Shown: positions 7,326 through 16,281, numbered from the stretch's first letter. The stretch: 60,378 nt of DNA from Blastocatellia bacterium (GCA_036565725.1 DATCXQ010000398.1:1-60378); one strand, 5' to 3'. Notes: generated by a model not told the origin, from the letters alone. Numbers and translations: made by a program.

Positions 7326-8031
7326 ATGTCAGTTTCCTCCCCACAGGAGATCACGCAACTGCTAGTCGCCTGGAACAAAGGCGATCTGAAGGCTCTGGAA
7401 CAGCTCACGCCTTTGATCCACACAGAACTTCATCGCCTGGCCAAACGCCATATGGCGGGCGAACGCCCCGGTCATATCCTGCAAACCACGGCGTTGGTCA
7501 ATGAGGCCTACCTGCGGTTGATTAACTGGCGGAACGTCGAATGGCGGGACCGCGCCCATTTCTTCGGCCTGGCGGCTCAAATCATGCGGCGCATCCTGGT
7601 CGATTTCGCCCGCGCCCGGCGGCGCGAAAAACGCGGCGGCGAGGCCTTGCGCGTTCCGCTGTCGGAAGCGGACAAAGTCGGTTACGAGAGGAACGCCGAC
7701 CTTGTGGCGCTGGATGACGCGTTGCAGGCGTTGGAGAAGCTAAATCGAACCACACAAGATTGGGACACGGTACAGTACCGCGCGCGTAAGCAAGCGGTTG
7801 ACCGCGTGATGCGCCGCTTGCTTACGCGCGCGGTACTGTACCAATCGTACGTGGCTTGATTTAGACGCGCGACAGGCCCGCGTGGTGGAACTGCGATTCT
7901 TAGCCGGACTTAGCTATGAAGAGACGGCCGAAGCGCTCGAGGTCTCTGTCGGCACGGCGCGCCGTGATTGGAGCATCGCTCAGGCGTGGCTCTTCCGCGA
8001 GTTGAGCAAGGGGGGAAGTGATGACGCCTGA
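7326..8031 (+). pseudogene. ECF sigma-70 family factor (type normally paired with a Ser/Thr kinase), interrupted by a MITE
   Basis: Regions 2-3 are intact from the ATG at 7326 (MSVSSPQEITQLLVAWNKGDLKALEQL...TALVNEAYLRL...ALQALEKL). Region 4 (DARQARVVELRFLAGLSYEETAEALEVSVGTARRDWSIAQAWLFREL) continues in a different frame from 7864. The two parts are separated by a 121-bp insertion. Confidence 0.8.
7743..7861. mobile_element. 119-bp MITE (long imperfect palindrome) with TA target-site duplication, inserted in the ECF sigma gene
   Basis: Flanking TA at 7741-7742 and 7862-7863. Termini are AATCGAACCACACAAGATTGG and CCAATCGTACGTGGCTTGATT (16/21 complementary by eye). Inner perfect arms are GGTACAGTACCGCGCGCGTAAGCAAGCGG and CCGCTTGCTTACGCGCGCGGTACTGTACC. 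Removing 121 bp restores GAG AAG CTA GAC GCG = EKLDA in frame. Confidence 0.75.
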
Positions 8032-8242
8032 GAGGCGCCGCAAAATCTGCGATCTCTATCACTCGGCTTCGGAGCTCGCGCCCGCCGAGGGCTCGGCCTT
8101 CCTTGACGAGGCCTGCGGCGGCGATAGGGCAAGCGCCATTGTGAGCATAGCAATCAGCCAGTGTCAGGAGTCCTTCTGCGCCATTCGCACGCCCTCATCA
8201 ATCATCTTCACCAACTTCTCGACCGAGGTCGCTTCGCAATAA
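8021..8242 (+). pseudogene. Remnant of the sigma-associated Ser/Thr kinase or anti-sigma partner (N-terminal ~40 aa only)
   Basis: MTPERRRKICDLYHSASELAPAEGSAFLDEACGGD matches the conserved N-terminal segment of kinases encoded after this ECF type. The start overlaps the sigma stop (GTGATGA). Similarity is lost after about 40 aa, and the ORF runs antisense into the 3' end of the phosphohexomutase gene. Confidence 0.4.
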
Positions 8243-9588
8243 ATCCTCAACAGAGGCTCGGTACCCGATTGCCTGAAGAGGATCCAGCTATCGTCCTCGA
8301 AGATCAGCTTCGTCCCGTCGAGCGCCGCGACGCTCGCGACCTTGTGTCCGGCGAAGCTGCCCGGCGTATTCTCTCGCAAGTCGCTGACCAGCTTCTGGCC
8401 CGCTTCGATGGGCACATGCAGATCGCGCCGCTCGAAATGGAATTCGCCGAACTCGCGCCAGATGTCGCGCACGATCTCGGAAGGCTTCTTGCCGGCGGCC
8501 AGCACGGCTTCGAGCAGGAGCAGGCAGTTAAGGATTCCGTCGCGTTCGGGAATGTGACCGCGCACGCCTATTCCGCCCGACTCTTCGCCCCCGACCAGGA
8601 AGTCGTTGGCCGGGTCGAGCATGATCTCGCCGATGTGTTTGAAGCCGATCGGCGTCTCGAAGAGCCGGAATCCGTAGCTCTCGGCAATGCGGCGCACAAT
8701 CACCGATTGCGAAAAAGTACGCGCGACCGAGCCCTTCCACCCTTTTCGCCTGACCAGGTGCAGCAAGAGAATCATCAGGATCTGATGCGTGTTGACGTAT
8801 TCGCCGCGCTCGTCCATCGCCCCCACGCGGTCGGCGTCGCCGTCGGTTATCAAAGCCAGCAGCGCGCCGCGCTCGCGGATCACGCGCGAGGTCAGTTCCA
8901 GGCTCCACGGCATGGGCTCGGGCAACACTCCGCCGAAGAGCGGGTCGCGATCGGCGCGGATGGTTTCGACGCGGATCTTGCCGCCGGCGAGCATCGATTC
9001 GATCCAACGGCCACCCGAGCCGTGCATCGGATCAGCGATGACCAGCGCATCGGCTTTGCGAAGATCATTGATCGCCACCAGGCTCTCGACATGGCTCCGA
9101 TAATCACCGTCGGCTTCAATGACCTTGGCCAACCCCTTCCCCTGCGCTTCGTCGAAAGGCAGGCGCCGGGGCGCGGTCGCGCCGAGGAGTTTCTCGATCT
9201 GGTCGGTGATCGCGGGAGTGGCCGAACCGCCGTAAGGGGCCTTGAATTTGAAGCCATTGAAATCGGGCGGATTGTGCGACGCCGTGATCATCACGCCGCC
9301 GTCCAGCCCGCGCCGCTTGACTTCGAATGAGACCAACGGCGTCGGGACGTCGCTCGCAAACAGATCGACGGCGACGCCATTGCCGGCAAAAACCTCCGCC
9401 GCGCGCCGCGCAAACAATTCAGAAGCGAACCGGCGATCGTAACCAACGACCGTTCGCAGTTCGCCGCCCGCGTTTTGAGTCCTCAGATAATCGACCAGCG
9501 CCTGCGTAACGACCTCGACATTCGCAAACGTGAAGTCTTCGGCGATACGGGCGCGCCATCCATCAGTGCCAAATTTGATCACAGTCAT
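8164..9588 (-). CDS. Phosphomannomutase/phosphoglucomutase (alpha-D-phosphohexomutase family)
   Basis: MTVIKFGTDGWRARIAEDFT; active-site TASHNPPDFNGFKF; metal loop TDGDADR; GEESGG sugar-binding loop. Confidence 0.85.
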   Translation of the reverse strand: MTVIKFGTDGWRARIAEDFTFANVEVVTQALVDYLRTQNAGGELRTVVGYDRRFASELFARRAAEVFAGNGVAVDLFASDVPTPLVSFEVKRRGLDGGVMITASHNPPDFNGFKFKAPYGGSATPAITDQIEKLLGATAPRRLPFDEAQGKGLAKVIEADGDYRSHVESLVAINDLRKADALVIADPMHGSGGRWIESMLAGGKIRVETIRADRDPLFGGVLPEPMPWSLELTSRVIRERGALLALITDGDADRVGAMDERGEYVNTHQILMILLLHLVRRKGWKGSVARTFSQSVIVRRIAESYGFRLFETPIGFKHIGEIMLDPANDFLVGGEESGGIGVRGHIPERDGILNCLLLLEAVLAAGKKPSEIVRDIWREFGEFHFERRDLHVPIEAGQKLVSDLRENTPGSFAGHKVASVAALDGTKLIFEDDSWILFRQSGTEPLLRIYCEATSVEKLVKMIDEGVRMAQKDS

Positions 9589-9610
9589 ACTTCATTCATA
9601 ACAGAAAAAG

Positions 9611-9774
9611 TGGGACAGACTAATAGTGTTTGAGAATTAAATACAACCATGGGTGTAGGGGCGGGTTTTCCCCGCCCTGGTTCGTGCCCCGAGCGATAGA
9701 GGCGGGGAAAAGGGCGCCCCTACGTTGGATAGCGTGGTTACGTTTAATTTTCAAAGGCCATAAGGCTGTCCGTC
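9611..9774. repeat. ~164-bp palindromic MITE-like element (family with core GTAGGGGCGGGTTTTCCCCGCCC)
   Basis: Outer arms are TGGGACAGACTAATAGTGTTTGAGAATTAAAT and AATTTTCAAAGGCCATAAGGCTGTCCGTCC. Inner arms are GTAGGGGCGGGTTTTCCCCGCCC and GGCGGGGAAAAGGGCGCCCCTAC. A second copy lies at 47778-47942. Confidence 0.65.
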
Positions 9775-9785
9775 CTCAATTCACG

Positions 9786-11228
9786 CTACGGGCAGACTAA
9801 AGTCTGTCCCACCCCGAGTCGTTTCGATTTAGCTTCTTCTTCATCCCAGATCAGGGTGTCAGCGGGTTTATTCAGGATGAGTTTGAGCGCGGCCTCCGCG
9901 TGCAGATGGGCCAGAGGCGGAGGAAAGCATTTTACAAATATCGGACCATCCACGCTCCTGGCTAGTGAAAGGAGCCGCTCCGTAGGTTGAGCGCGCTCCA
10001 GAAATTGTTGGCGCTTTTTCGTCCAGAGGTAGGCTACATTGTGCGACAGAATAAGCAGCAAAATAACGGGCGGCGCCCATTTGTAATTCTTCGCGCAGCG
10101 CTCCTTCATAATGACGATCGCGGCGCCCACCAACCAGGCCAGCCCCGCGCTGGCCAGATAAGTTTGCCTGCTCGGTATTCTGCGCATGTAATCGACGAAC
10201 ATGTATGGAATAAAACCGATCCCCATCCAGATAAACGAGACGAAGATCAAGGATCGAAGGTCGAGGGTCGAAAATTGCGGATTGCGGATTGATAGCCGGC
10301 GCCCTATCTCGCGCAAGAGGCGACGCAATAAAAGCAGGATTCTCGGAACCGATGAATCCGCAATCTGCAATCCGCAATCCGCAATCCGCTCCGGACCGCG
10401 CTCATTGCGGACTGAACGACTCCACAAAAACACCGAGGCCGCGGCCAAAATCCCCCAGAACCACAACATCCTTCCATAACTATTAGTCCAGGTCTCCCAG
10501 AACGGCGCCGACAGGACAAAACTCCTGTCCTGGAATCGGAACGAGTGCGAACGGGTCATAAAAATCGCTGACACGTATGGACCGCAGATAAGAATATGGG
10601 GGAGCAGATAAGGCGCCTGTCTCAATTTGGGTCTCGGAAAGAACAGGGGCAGCGCGAACAAGGCGATGAAAATAACGGCCGATTCCTTCGACAGGAGCGC
10701 GGGGATAAAGAAGAAGAATGACAGCGCCAGCCATCGCAACGCTGCGGTCTCTCGCTCCAGGAAGACCAGCCAGAATATGAACGAGAGGAACCCGAAGAAA
10801 AACATCAGTGGTTCATTACACGCTGAAAACCACATGATCGCTTCCGAGTGCCCTTCATAGACGGCGAAGAACGCGGCCGCCCAGAAGCTCGCCCGGTAGC
10901 CGACCGCGCGCCAGCGGCCCGCCGCGAACAGCAGCCAGCAGTTCAAGACGTGGAGGAGGATGTTTGCGGAATAGAACGCCGAAGGGCGCGGCCCGAAGAG
11001 ACCGTGGATCGCATACGAAATGATGAAGGTGGTCGCCCGCGGACGTTGGACCGAATCCTTCGCCATCGCCTCCCAACCTGAAATCGGGCCATAGACGAGC
11101 GCAAGTCCGATGTTCGGATAATCGTCCGAGATGAAGGGCTGGGTGATAGTGGGAAGATAAGCGCCGACGGCGAGGACGGCCAGAACGAACAACGGCGCCG
11201 CTTTCTCTTTGATGAAGGGTCCGGCCAT
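9786..11228 (-). CDS. Polytopic membrane glycosyltransferase, GT-C fold (PMT/TMTC/ArnT-like, probable mannosyltransferase)
   Basis: Multiple TM helices. It has an early FISDDYPNI acidic loop motif like the PMT/TMTC families, and a later RIPSRQTYLASAGLAWLVG segment. Its start abuts the stop of the upstream mannose-1-P guanylyltransferase gene (same strand), and a phosphomannomutase gene lies downstream. Confidence 0.5.
   Translation of the reverse strand: MAGPFIKEKAAPLFVLAVLAVGAYLPTITQPFISDDYPNIGLALVYGPISGWEAMAKDSVQRPRATTFIISYAIHGLFGPRPSAFYSANILLHVLNCWLLFAAGRWRAVGYRASFWAAAFFAVYEGHSEAIMWFSACNEPLMFFFGFLSFIFWLVFLERETAALRWLALSFFFFIPALLSKESAVIFIALFALPLFFPRPKLRQAPYLLPHILICGPYVSAIFMTRSHSFRFQDRSFVLSAPFWETWTNSYGRMLWFWGILAAASVFLWSRSVRNERGPERIADCGLQIADSSVPRILLLLRRLLREIGRRLSIRNPQFSTLDLRSLIFVSFIWMGIGFIPYMFVDYMRRIPSRQTYLASAGLAWLVGAAIVIMKERCAKNYKWAPPVILLLILSHNVAYLWTKKRQQFLERAQPTERLLSLARSVDGPIFVKCFPPPLAHLHAEAALKLILNKPADTLIWDEEEAKSKRLGVGQTLVCP
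10274..10389. repeat. Inverted heptamer-array element (ATTGCGG x2 ... spacer ... AATCCGC x4-5) lying inside the GT-C CDS
   Basis: Left array ATTGCGGATTGCGGATTG is at 10274-10291. Right array AATCCGCAATCTGCAATCCGCAATCCGCAATCCGC is at 10355-10389. It is translated in frame as ...ERIADCGLQIADSSVPRILLLLRRLLREIGRRLSIRNPQF... Confidence 0.85.
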
Positions 11229-12263
11229 TCAAACGATCGTGTAATCGGTCAGCGAGGTCTTGTCGCCGAGCGTGGCGTTAGTGACTTTCGCGTTGCGGCC
11301 GATGAGGCAGCTTTTGCCGACGACCGAATCGCTGATTTCGGCGGCCTTCCCGACGCGCGCGCCAGCCAGCAGCACGGAGTTCTCTATACGCGCGCGTTCC
11401 TCGACGACGCAGTTCGGGCCGAGCGCCGAGTTGATTATTTCGACGCCAGGTTTGAAGACGCAACTCGGGTCGATCACCGAGCGCGCGTCGACCTTGATCG
11501 TATCGGCGTCGGCCTTGTTTATGGGCAAAACGGGCCGCGCCACATCGAAAGATTTCAGCCGCCCGTTGATCAGGTCTTTGTTGGCCTGCAGGTAGCGGTG
11601 CGGCGCGCCGATGTCTATCCAGTAACCGTGCCAGGTGTAAGCGTAGAATTGCTCGTCGGCCGCCAGCAGAGCGGGAAAGAGCTGGTACTCGAACGAGAAC
11701 TTCTCACCTGCCGGAATGTAGTTGAGGACGCTGGGCTCCAAAACGTAGACGCCTGCGTTGATCGTCTTACAGGTGACCTCTTCAGGCTTCGGCTTCTCGA
11801 CGAAGCGACGCGCCCTGCCGTCCGGGCCCGCCTCGACCAGGCCATATGCGCTTGGGTTATCGACCGGGACCGCCGCGACGGTCGCAACCGCGCTCTTTTC
11901 GCGGTGATACGCGACGAGATCGGCGATGTCGATGTCGGTCAGGATGTCGCCGTTGAAGACTATGGTCGTCTGATTCAGGCGCTCCTGCGCGTATTTGTAA
12001 GCCCCGGCGGTGCCCATCGGCGTGGCCTCGACGACATAGCGAATGTGCAATCCGAGGTCCTCGCCTGCCCCGAAAATGCTCTCGATCTTATTGGGTTGAT
12101 ACGAAAGCGAAAGCGTGATGTCTTTGATCCCAGCCTGTTTGAGCAGTTCGAGCTGATAAAAAAGAAAAGGGCGATTGGCGAGCGGGACTACCGGTTTAGG
12201 CGTATGAATTGTCAAAGGCCGCAGGCGCGCGCCTTCTCCACCTGCCAGAATTAACGCTTGCAT
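11229..12263 (-). CDS. Mannose-1-phosphate guanylyltransferase-like NDP-sugar pyrophosphorylase with C-terminal left-handed beta-helix
   Basis: MQALILAGGEGARLRPLTIHTPKPVVPLANRP is the G-x-G-x-R-L nucleotidyltransferase signature. The C-terminus has hexapeptide repeats. Confidence 0.8.
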   Translation of the reverse strand: MQALILAGGEGARLRPLTIHTPKPVVPLANRPFLFYQLELLKQAGIKDITLSLSYQPNKIESIFGAGEDLGLHIRYVVEATPMGTAGAYKYAQERLNQTTIVFNGDILTDIDIADLVAYHREKSAVATVAAVPVDNPSAYGLVEAGPDGRARRFVEKPKPEEVTCKTINAGVYVLEPSVLNYIPAGEKFSFEYQLFPALLAADEQFYAYTWHGYWIDIGAPHRYLQANKDLINGRLKSFDVARPVLPINKADADTIKVDARSVIDPSCVFKPGVEIINSALGPNCVVEERARIENSVLLAGARVGKAAEISDSVVGKSCLIGRNAKVTNATLGDKTSLTDYTIV

Positions 12264-12384
12264 TAGAACTGATACTCTTCCTCCTATTCCTTGAACCTGT
12301 CCCGTGAAATGGGGGAGTATAGCGCGTAGCGCCGAGAAATCAAAACTGATAAGCTCGCAACTGAATCCTTAACTGCAAAACACT

Positions 12385-13335
12385 ATGACTCAAGTCATTC
12401 TGATTCTCCTGTTCATTTTCGGCGGCGCGCTCTCATCACAGCCTCAAACCAAAACGCCGAGCCGCGCGATGGCCGTCACGATTGACGACCTGCCTTACGT
12501 CAATCCGGCTAAACTGGAATACTTGCCGAACGCGCGGCGCGCGACCGACGACATTCTGCTCGCGCTGAAATCGCATCGCGCCCCGGCCGTCGGCTTCGTC
12601 AACGAGGGCAAACTGCAAGCCGCGGGCGAGCTCGAGGCCAGGACGGCGTTCTTAAAACAATGGGTTGACGCCGGGATGACGCTCGGCAACCACACCTATT
12701 CACACGCCGATTTCAATGCGCTGACGGTCGAGAAATTCCAGGACGAAATCGTCAAAGGCGAGGTCGTTACGCGGAAATTGATGGAGTCGCGCAAGCCTTA
12801 TCAGCTCTACTTCCGCCACCCAATGACGCGCACCGGCGACACGAAGGAGAAGAAAGAGGCGATCGAGAAATTCCTCGCGGAGCGCGGTTACCGCGTCGCG
12901 CCGCACACGATCGAAAACAGCGACTTCGTCTTCAACGTCCCCTACGCCCGCGCGCGGCGCGACAAGGACGAGGCCCTGGCGAAGCGGCTGCGCGAGGCCT
13001 ACCTGGATTACACCGTCGCGGCGACCGAATTCGCCGAACGCGCCGCGTCGCAAATCTTCGGGCGTGACATTCCCCAGACACTGCTCATTCATACCAACGA
13101 CATCACCGCCGACTGCCTCGACGAAATGTTGAAACGGTTCGAAGCGCGCGGGTACCGCTTCATCACGCTCGACGAAGCGATGAAGGATGCGGCGTATCAG
13201 ACGAAGGACACGGACGTCTCGAAATACGGGCCGACGTGGCTGTGGCGCTGGATGAAGAGCCTGGGGATGAACCTGAGCTTCAAAGACGACCCCGAGCCTC
13301 CGAAATGGGTGATGGATTTATACAACCAAAGATAG
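12385..13335 (+). CDS. Polysaccharide deacetylase family protein (NodB homology), secreted
   Basis: Signal-like N-terminus; AVTIDDLP and GNHTYSHADF motifs. Confidence 0.8.
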   Translation: MTQVILILLFIFGGALSSQPQTKTPSRAMAVTIDDLPYVNPAKLEYLPNARRATDDILLALKSHRAPAVGFVNEGKLQAAGELEARTAFLKQWVDAGMTLGNHTYSHADFNALTVEKFQDEIVKGEVVTRKLMESRKPYQLYFRHPMTRTGDTKEKKEAIEKFLAERGYRVAPHTIENSDFVFNVPYARARRDKDEALAKRLREAYLDYTVAATEFAERAASQIFGRDIPQTLLIHTNDITADCLDEMLKRFEARGYRFITLDEAMKDAAYQTKDTDVSKYGPTWLWRWMKSLGMNLSFKDDPEPPKWVMDLYNQR

Positions 13336-14316
13336 ATGGAAACACAGCGACTCTCCCCTCCTCAGGCCTCGACCAATAACAGCCAAGCCGACATGCGCGA
13401 CCTGGGCTTCGGCTCGGTGGTGGCGCGAGAAAGCCGCCAGCGGCTGCTCAACCGCGACGGCGGCTTCAACGTGATGCGCGCAGGGCTGGGTTTTCTGGCC
13501 TCGCTCAGCCCCTACCACGCGTTGCTGACGATGTCGTGGTGGAGGTTCTTCGGCCTGACCGCGCTCTTCTATTTCGGCGCGAATCTTCTCTTCGCCGCCG
13601 CATACATGCTCTGCGGCCCTGGATCGCTGTCAGTGCCGGAGTCCGCAGGCATCGAAAGCCGATTCCTGCAGGCATTCTTCTTCAGCATACACACGCTGGC
13701 GACCATCGGCTATGGCACGATCAGCCCGGTCGGGTTTGCGGCCAACGTCATCGTTTCGATCGAATCGTTCATCGGACTGTTCGGATTGGCGCTCTGCACC
13801 AGCCTGCTCTTCGCGCGGTTCTCGCGCCCGACGGCCAGAATTCTCTTCAGCGACCGCGCAGTCATCGCGCCTTACCGCGGGGTGACGGCTTTCGAATTCC
13901 GCATCGCCAACGCCCGCCGCAACCAGATCATCGAACTTGAGGCCAAGGTGCTCTTCGCCCGCTTCGAAGAGGTGAACGGGCGGCCATTGCGCCGCTTCTA
14001 CCCGCTGAAGCTGGAGCGCGACAGGGTGGTTTTCTTCCCTCTGAGCTGGACGATCGTGCATCCGATTGACGGGACGAGTCCCTTTTACGGCATGTCTCCC
14101 GAAGATTTGTCCAAGACCAGAGGCGAGTTTCTGGTCCTCCTCACAGGCTTCGACGAGACCTTCTCGCAGACGGTCCACGCGCGTTCTTCTTACATGGCCG
14201 ATGAGGTGGTCTGGAACGCCCGATTCGCCGACATCTTCAACCGTCCGGCGGATGACGGCCTCTTGACGATTGACGTGCGCAAATTGCACAGTATCGAGTC
14301 AGTCAACACGGAATGA
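13336..14316 (+). CDS. Inward-rectifier-type potassium channel (KirBac-like)
   Basis: Selectivity filter HTLATIGYGTISP; N-terminal RLLNRDGGFNVMRAGL; C-terminal Ig-like cytoplasmic domain. Confidence 0.85.
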   Translation: METQRLSPPQASTNNSQADMRDLGFGSVVARESRQRLLNRDGGFNVMRAGLGFLASLSPYHALLTMSWWRFFGLTALFYFGANLLFAAAYMLCGPGSLSVPESAGIESRFLQAFFFSIHTLATIGYGTISPVGFAANVIVSIESFIGLFGLALCTSLLFARFSRPTARILFSDRAVIAPYRGVTAFEFRIANARRNQIIELEAKVLFARFEEVNGRPLRRFYPLKLERDRVVFFPLSWTIVHPIDGTSPFYGMSPEDLSKTRGEFLVLLTGFDETFSQTVHARSSYMADEVVWNARFADIFNRPADDGLLTIDVRKLHSIESVNTE

Positions 14317-14744
14317 GGTTGAGTATGAAGATTGAAGACTCCACGGAAAATTGTGAAGCTGACGTGATCGAAGCCGCCGGAGGCATACTCTGGCGCGAGA
14401 CCGAGCGCGGGCGCGAGCTGGCTTTGATTCATCGCGGGCGCTACGATGATTGGACGTTGCCGAAGGGCAAGCTCGAAGAAGGCGAACGATGGCAGGAGGC
14501 CGCGCTGCGGGAAGTCAGAGAAGAAACCGGCTGCGACGCTGAGCTTGAGAGCTTCGCCGGCGCGGTTAGTTACAAGGTCAACGGCGTCGCCAAAGTCGTG
14601 CTCTTCTGGAATATGAGTTCCTCCGGCCAGTGCCGGTTTCAGCCGTCGGAAGAGGTGATTGAAATGATCTGGGCGCCGCTTCCGGAAGCGCTGGAGAAGA
14701 TGTCACATCAAATCGAGAAGGAGTTGCTGAATGTCATCCGATAA
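14313..14744 (+). CDS. NUDIX hydrolase
   Basis: Nudix box GKLEEGERWQEAALREVREETG. The start overlaps the stop of the Kir gene (ATGA). Confidence 0.85.
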   Translation: MRLSMKIEDSTENCEADVIEAAGGILWRETERGRELALIHRGRYDDWTLPKGKLEEGERWQEAALREVREETGCDAELESFAGAVSYKVNGVAKVVLFWNMSSSGQCRFQPSEEVIEMIWAPLPEALEKMSHQIEKELLNVIR

Positions 14745-14834
14745 CCCTCCCGCCCCTCAAATCCGATGGCGCCATTCGAGCGAACGCGCAATCGAAACCG
14801 TCGCCCCCTCATCAAAATCCTGAACATATCTCTG

Positions 14835-15779
14835 ATGGAAAAGAGTCATAGTCGCTCTCAAGCCGTCCGTCGCAACGCGGTCCCTCTTATCATCAACGGC
14901 GACGATTTCGGTTATTCCGAGGGCGTCAACCGCGCGATCATCATGGCGCACCGCGAAGGCGTATTGACGAGTTGCAGCCTGATGGTCAATGAGCGCGCCG
15001 CCTCTCACGCCGTCGAGTTGGCGAGATCGAATCCCGGCCTCGCGGTCGGTCTTCACCTGGCGTTGGTTCTGGGCCGCGCCGCATTGCCCCACGCCGAAAT
15101 CCCTCACATCACCAACTCGAATGGCGATTTCACCGCCAGCCCGTTCCGAGCGGGAGTTCAATACTATTTCAGCCCCGCCGCGCGACGTGAACTCCGTCGC
15201 GAGATGCGGGCGCAGTTTGAGCGGTTCGCCGCGACGGGGCTCCGCTTCTCACACGTCGACGGTCACACGCACTTGCACCAGCACCCGGTGATCTTCGACG
15301 AGCTGATAAAACTGTGTGAAGAATTCGGCGTCCGGCGCGTGCGCGTGGTGAAGGGCGAGGTGCGGTTGAGTTTAAAGCTCGGCGGAAAAAATCTGCCGGG
15401 CAAGCTGCTCCTGGGAACGGTCTATAATCTGCTCGGGCGCTGGTGCGAGCGCAGGCTGCGCGGGCGAGGCTTCGTCCGGCCTCATAAAGTTTATGGTTTG
15501 CTGCAATCGGGCGATATGAATGAAGATTATTTGCTAGGTCTGATCCGATTGATCGGGCGGCCCGGTCAATTTGACGCCGCGAGCGGCGAAATATACGCTC
15601 ACCCGCTCGCCTTCGACGCCGACGAGGCGGCGAAACGCGAAAACCCCGGCGGCGAGCGTGAATTGAAAGCTCTGATCAGCGCCCGCGTTAGGAGCGCTAT
15701 CGAGACCGCCGGTTTCAGGCCGGCGACTTACGAAACCCTGCGGAATGCGGAATGCGGAATGCGGAATGCGGACTTATAA
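14835..15779 (+). CDS. YdjC/ChbG/HpnK-family carbohydrate deacetylase
   Basis: PLIINGDDFGYSEGVNRAIIMAHREGVLTSCSLMV...GLHLAL is typical of the YdjC-like family. Start set at the internal ATG (MEKSHS); the ORF track begins at 14766. The last ~12 codons are encoded by a GCGGAAT heptamer array. Confidence 0.7.
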   Translation: MEKSHSRSQAVRRNAVPLIINGDDFGYSEGVNRAIIMAHREGVLTSCSLMVNERAASHAVELARSNPGLAVGLHLALVLGRAALPHAEIPHITNSNGDFTASPFRAGVQYYFSPAARRELRREMRAQFERFAATGLRFSHVDGHTHLHQHPVIFDELIKLCEEFGVRRVRVVKGEVRLSLKLGGKNLPGKLLLGTVYNLLGRWCERRLRGRGFVRPHKVYGLLQSGDMNEDYLLGLIRLIGRPGQFDAASGEIYAHPLAFDADEAAKRENPGGERELKALISARVRSAIETAGFRPATYETLRNAECGMRNADL

Positions 15780-15857
15780 GTCCGTTCGATTGCACAGGTG
15801 AAATCGAGATTGAAAGTTTTATAAATCCGCATTCCGCATTCCGCATTCCGCATTCCG
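15739..15857. repeat. Inverted heptamer arrays (GCGGAAT x4 ... 50-nt spacer ... ATTCCGC x4)
   Basis: Read directly from the sequence. The left array covers the stop of the deacetylase gene. The right array ends 13 nt before the next ATG. Confidence 0.9.
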
Positions 15858-15870
15858 TTGATCCGCAATT

Positions 15871-16281
15871 ATGAAGACTTTTATCGTATTATTCGTCGCC
15901 ATCTGCGTTCAGACGCTCGGCGACGTCTTTTTGACCAAAGGGATGAAATCTGTCGGCGAAGTCAACACGCTCGACCCGGTCGAGTTGTTCAACATTGGGC
16001 TGCAGGTCTTCACGAATCCGCTGATCTGGCTGGGCATCCTCCTTCTCGGCTTATTTTTCGGACTCTATCTGGCCGCGCTCTCGTGGGCCGATTTGAGCTT
16101 TGTGCTGCCGGTCACCTCGTTCGGTTACGCGATGAACGCGTTCATGTCGTGGCGGTTGCTCGGCGAACACGTGTCGCTCACGCGGTGGATCGGGACGATA
16201 ATCATCTGCGTGGGCGTGGCCACCGTCTCCCGCACCGAGCAAAGAACCACCAGCCCCGAGCCGGGAGGCGCCGCTTTATGA
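15871..16281 (+). CDS. Small 4-TM EamA/DMT half-transporter (ArnE/ArnF-like)
   Basis: 136 aa with four hydrophobic helices. It is paralogous to the N-terminal domain of the next gene (MKTF..., GDVF/GEIL, KGMK/KGMR, ADLSFV, RWIGT). Its stop overlaps the next start (ATGA). Confidence 0.7.
   Translation: MKTFIVLFVAICVQTLGDVFLTKGMKSVGEVNTLDPVELFNIGLQVFTNPLIWLGILLLGLFFGLYLAALSWADLSFVLPVTSFGYAMNAFMSWRLLGEHVSLTRWIGTIIICVGVATVSRTEQRTTSPEPGGAAL

Noticed and set aside
8161-9330. 389-aa plus-strand ORF
   Set aside because: It is antisense shadow of the well-supported phosphohexomutase gene. Its composition is Arg/Ala/Gly-rich and low in complexity, typical of GC-rich antisense frames, with no recognisable motifs.
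15858-16277. N-terminal 140 codons of the 697-aa ORF-track model
   Set aside because: This stretch overlaps, in another frame, the credible 136-aa EamA-like gene (15871-16281). Its translation is Arg-rich nonsense. A proper ATG at 16278 overlaps the upstream stop.
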